Source: Macrostomum lignano (lineage: Eukaryota). From it: a stretch of DNA of 64,000 nt. The stretch covers positions 62,001 through 126,000 of the forward strand of contig NIVC01001502.1 of assembly GCA_002269645.1 (NCBI GenBank), written 5' to 3'. The notes under the pieces were generated by a model. That model was not told the origin of the DNA, did no database searches, and saw nothing but the letters and a program-made list of their open reading frames with translations. Below, in pieces: positions 61,705-64,000 of this stretch. Position numbers and translations under genes: made by a program. The first letter of the stretch is position 1, and the number at the start of each line of letters is the position of its first letter.

Positions 61705-62200
61705 TTATTGGGTGTCAGTTAGGGTTGGGTGTCAATTGGGGTTGGGTGTCAGTTAGGGTTGGGTGTCAGTTGCTGTTGGGTGTCAGTTGCTGTTGGGTGT
61801 CAGTTAGGGTTGGGTGTCAGTTGCTGTTGGGTGTCAGTTGGGGTTGGTGTCAGTTGCTGTTGGGTGTCAGTTGGGGTTGGGTGTCAGTTAGGGTTGGGTA
61901 TCAGTTAGGGTTGGGTATCAGTTGGGGTTGGGTGTCAGTTGCTGTTGAGTGTCAGTTGGGGTTGGGTATCAGTTGGGGTTGGGTGTCAGTTGCTGTTGGG
62001 TGTCAGTTGGGGTTGGGTGTCAGTTGCTGTTGGGTGTCAGTTGGGGTTGGGTGTCAGTTGGGGTTGGGTGTCAGTTAGGGTTGGGTATCAGTTGGGGTTG
62101 GGTGTCAGTTGCTGTTGGGTGTCAGTTAGGGTTGGGTGTCAGTTGGGGTTGGGTGTCAGTTGGGGTTGGGTGTCAGTTGGGGTTGGGTGTCAGTTGGGGT
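61705..62200. repeat. 17-bp G-rich minisatellite (gggtgtcagttggggtt; some units contain TTAGGG)
   Basis: Units visible. Confidence 0.95.
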
Positions 62201-62649
62201 TAGGTGTTGTTTGGTGTCAGCTATGGTTAAGTAGCGTTTTTGGAGGTTTTTCCTAAATATTTCCTTTACGTGCACGAAAAGGTACAGAAAAGTACATTGT
62301 GAGCTGTCGCTAAATTATATGACGTCACAAAAAGCTCAATAAATAGTTGACAGGTAAAATAAAGAAGATTTAAGCATTAATAGTTTGACAAAAATGTAAT
62401 AAAAATTCATATAAGTACGCAGCTCTATAGTCAGGATGCGACACAGATATTCAGTTAGGCTATCAGTATAAGCGATAGAAAAAACTGGAATTATATGAAT
62501 ACGCGTGTGTTGCAATCCCACATTTTTTCAGATAGAAGCATATGTAAGCATCTACCAGTGCCTCAGTACTCAATGGGTTATTCTAATAAATGATTGATAG
62601 CCTGAAGCAAGAATTTCTGCTCTAGTTCTATGTACGATTGCAGTCAGAC

Positions 62650-63650
62650 ATGTGACACACTGCCTGTCTAACATGAGACACACTGCCTGTCTAACATGAG
62701 ACACACTGCCTGTCTAACATGAGACACACTGCCTGTCTAACATGAGACACACTGCCTGTCTAACATGAGACACACTGCCTGTCTAACATGAGACACACTG
62801 CCTGTCTAACATGAGACACACTGCCTGTCTAACATGAGACACACTGCCTGTCTAACATGAGACACACTGCCTGTCTAACATGTGACACACTGCCTGTCTA
62901 ACATGAGACACACTGCCTGTCTAACATGAGACACACTGCCTGTCTAACATGAGACACACTGCCTGTCTAACATGAGACACACTGCCTGTCTAACATGAGA
63001 CACACTGCCTGTCTAACATGAGACACACTGCCTGTCTAACATGAGACACACTGCCTGTCTAACATGAGACACACTGCCTGTCACACACTGCCTGTCTAAC
63101 ATGTGACACACTGCCTGTCTAACATGTGACACACTGCCTGTCTAACATGTGACACACTGCCTGTCTAACATGAGACACACTGCCTGTCTAACATGAGACA
63201 CACTGCCTGTCTAACATGAGACACACTGCCTGTCTAACATGAGACACACTGCCTGTCTAACATGAGACACACTGCCTGTCTAACATGAGACACACTGCCT
63301 GTCTAACATGAGACACACTGCCTGTCTAACATGAGACACACTGCTGTCTAACATGAGACACACTGCCTGTCTAACATGAGACACACTGCCTGTCTAACAT
63401 GAGACACACTGCCTGTCTAACATGAGACACACTGCCTGTCTAACATGTGACACACTGCCTGTCTAACATGTGACACACTGCCTGTCTAACATGAGACACA
63501 CTGCCTGTCTAACATGAGACACACTGCCTGTCTAACATGAGACACACTGCCTGTCTAACATGAGACACACTGTGTGTCTAACATGAGACACACTGCCTGT
63601 CTAACATGTGACCACTGCCTGTCTAACATGAGACACACTGCCTGTCTAGC
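62650..63650. repeat. 23-bp minisatellite (acatgagacacactgcctgtcta)
   Basis: About 43 visible units. Confidence 0.95.
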
Positions 63651-64000
63651 ATTGTGCTGATTGCAGTTACCACAAACCAAAGCGATCGAAAGGCAAAGAA
63701 AATCGTATATAGTTCATGCAAGTGCCATAATTAATATAATTCAAATAAGAATATTTCTGTTGATAAATAAGGCGGGTAAAAATCAGAAATGATTTACATT
63801 TTATGCACAGTATTCACGCGGCTTTCAAAACAGAAAATTGGCAAGATGCGTAAAGAGGCATGCGTAAGAGTTCTTAGAAACTTACCATCACAAGCAACAC
63901 ATAGTCCTTGATTTAATTTTTTTTAAATGAAAAAGATAGTAGTAGCGATAGCGATTAACAATGCTGATTTTCATATTACTGAATTCTTATTGTTCTTTTA

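Noticed and set aside
61705-62200. Interstitial telomeric sequence (TTAGGG)
   Set aside because: TTAGGG appears only as isolated variants in a 17-bp unit, never as tandem hexamers.

Overview
Eukaryotic (metazoan) genomic DNA, not prokaryotic. GC-rich exons with poly-Ala/Gln tracts and a different private minisatellite in almost every long intron or spacer suggest a flatworm such as Macrostomum (inference only). Four genes lie on the + strand: a SIAH/sina E3 ligase (2 exons), 40S ribosomal protein S3 (3 exons), an FG-repeat nucleoporin (one long exon), and proteasome alpha-5 (two truncated upstream copies plus one complete copy). The 3' part of a multi-PDZ scaffold gene (MPDZ/PATJ-like, six PDZ domains visible) runs convergently on the - strand. 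Most short ORFs in the supplied track are translations of tandem repeats. The main hidden signal is 13 copies of a candidate box C/D snoRNA: 11 in RPS3 intron 1 and 2 in the SIAH intron. Its conserved 13-nt element CTGCTGTTCACAT is complementary to a conserved LSU rRNA segment recalled as AUGUGAACAGCAG. The copies are carried on a 1.2-1.4 kb minisatellite-flanked unit shared by the two neighbouring genes. Other points: all five + strand introns are phase 0 and bounded by CAGG(TGA) direct repeats; two related hAT-type MITEs have 8-bp TSDs; a 2.1 kb stretch has no CpG; a perfect (GTTA)n array starts exactly at a splice donor; and RFX X-box motifs sit in the PDZ-gene introns. No rRNA, tRNA or CRISPR array was found. 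All coordinates were counted by hand.
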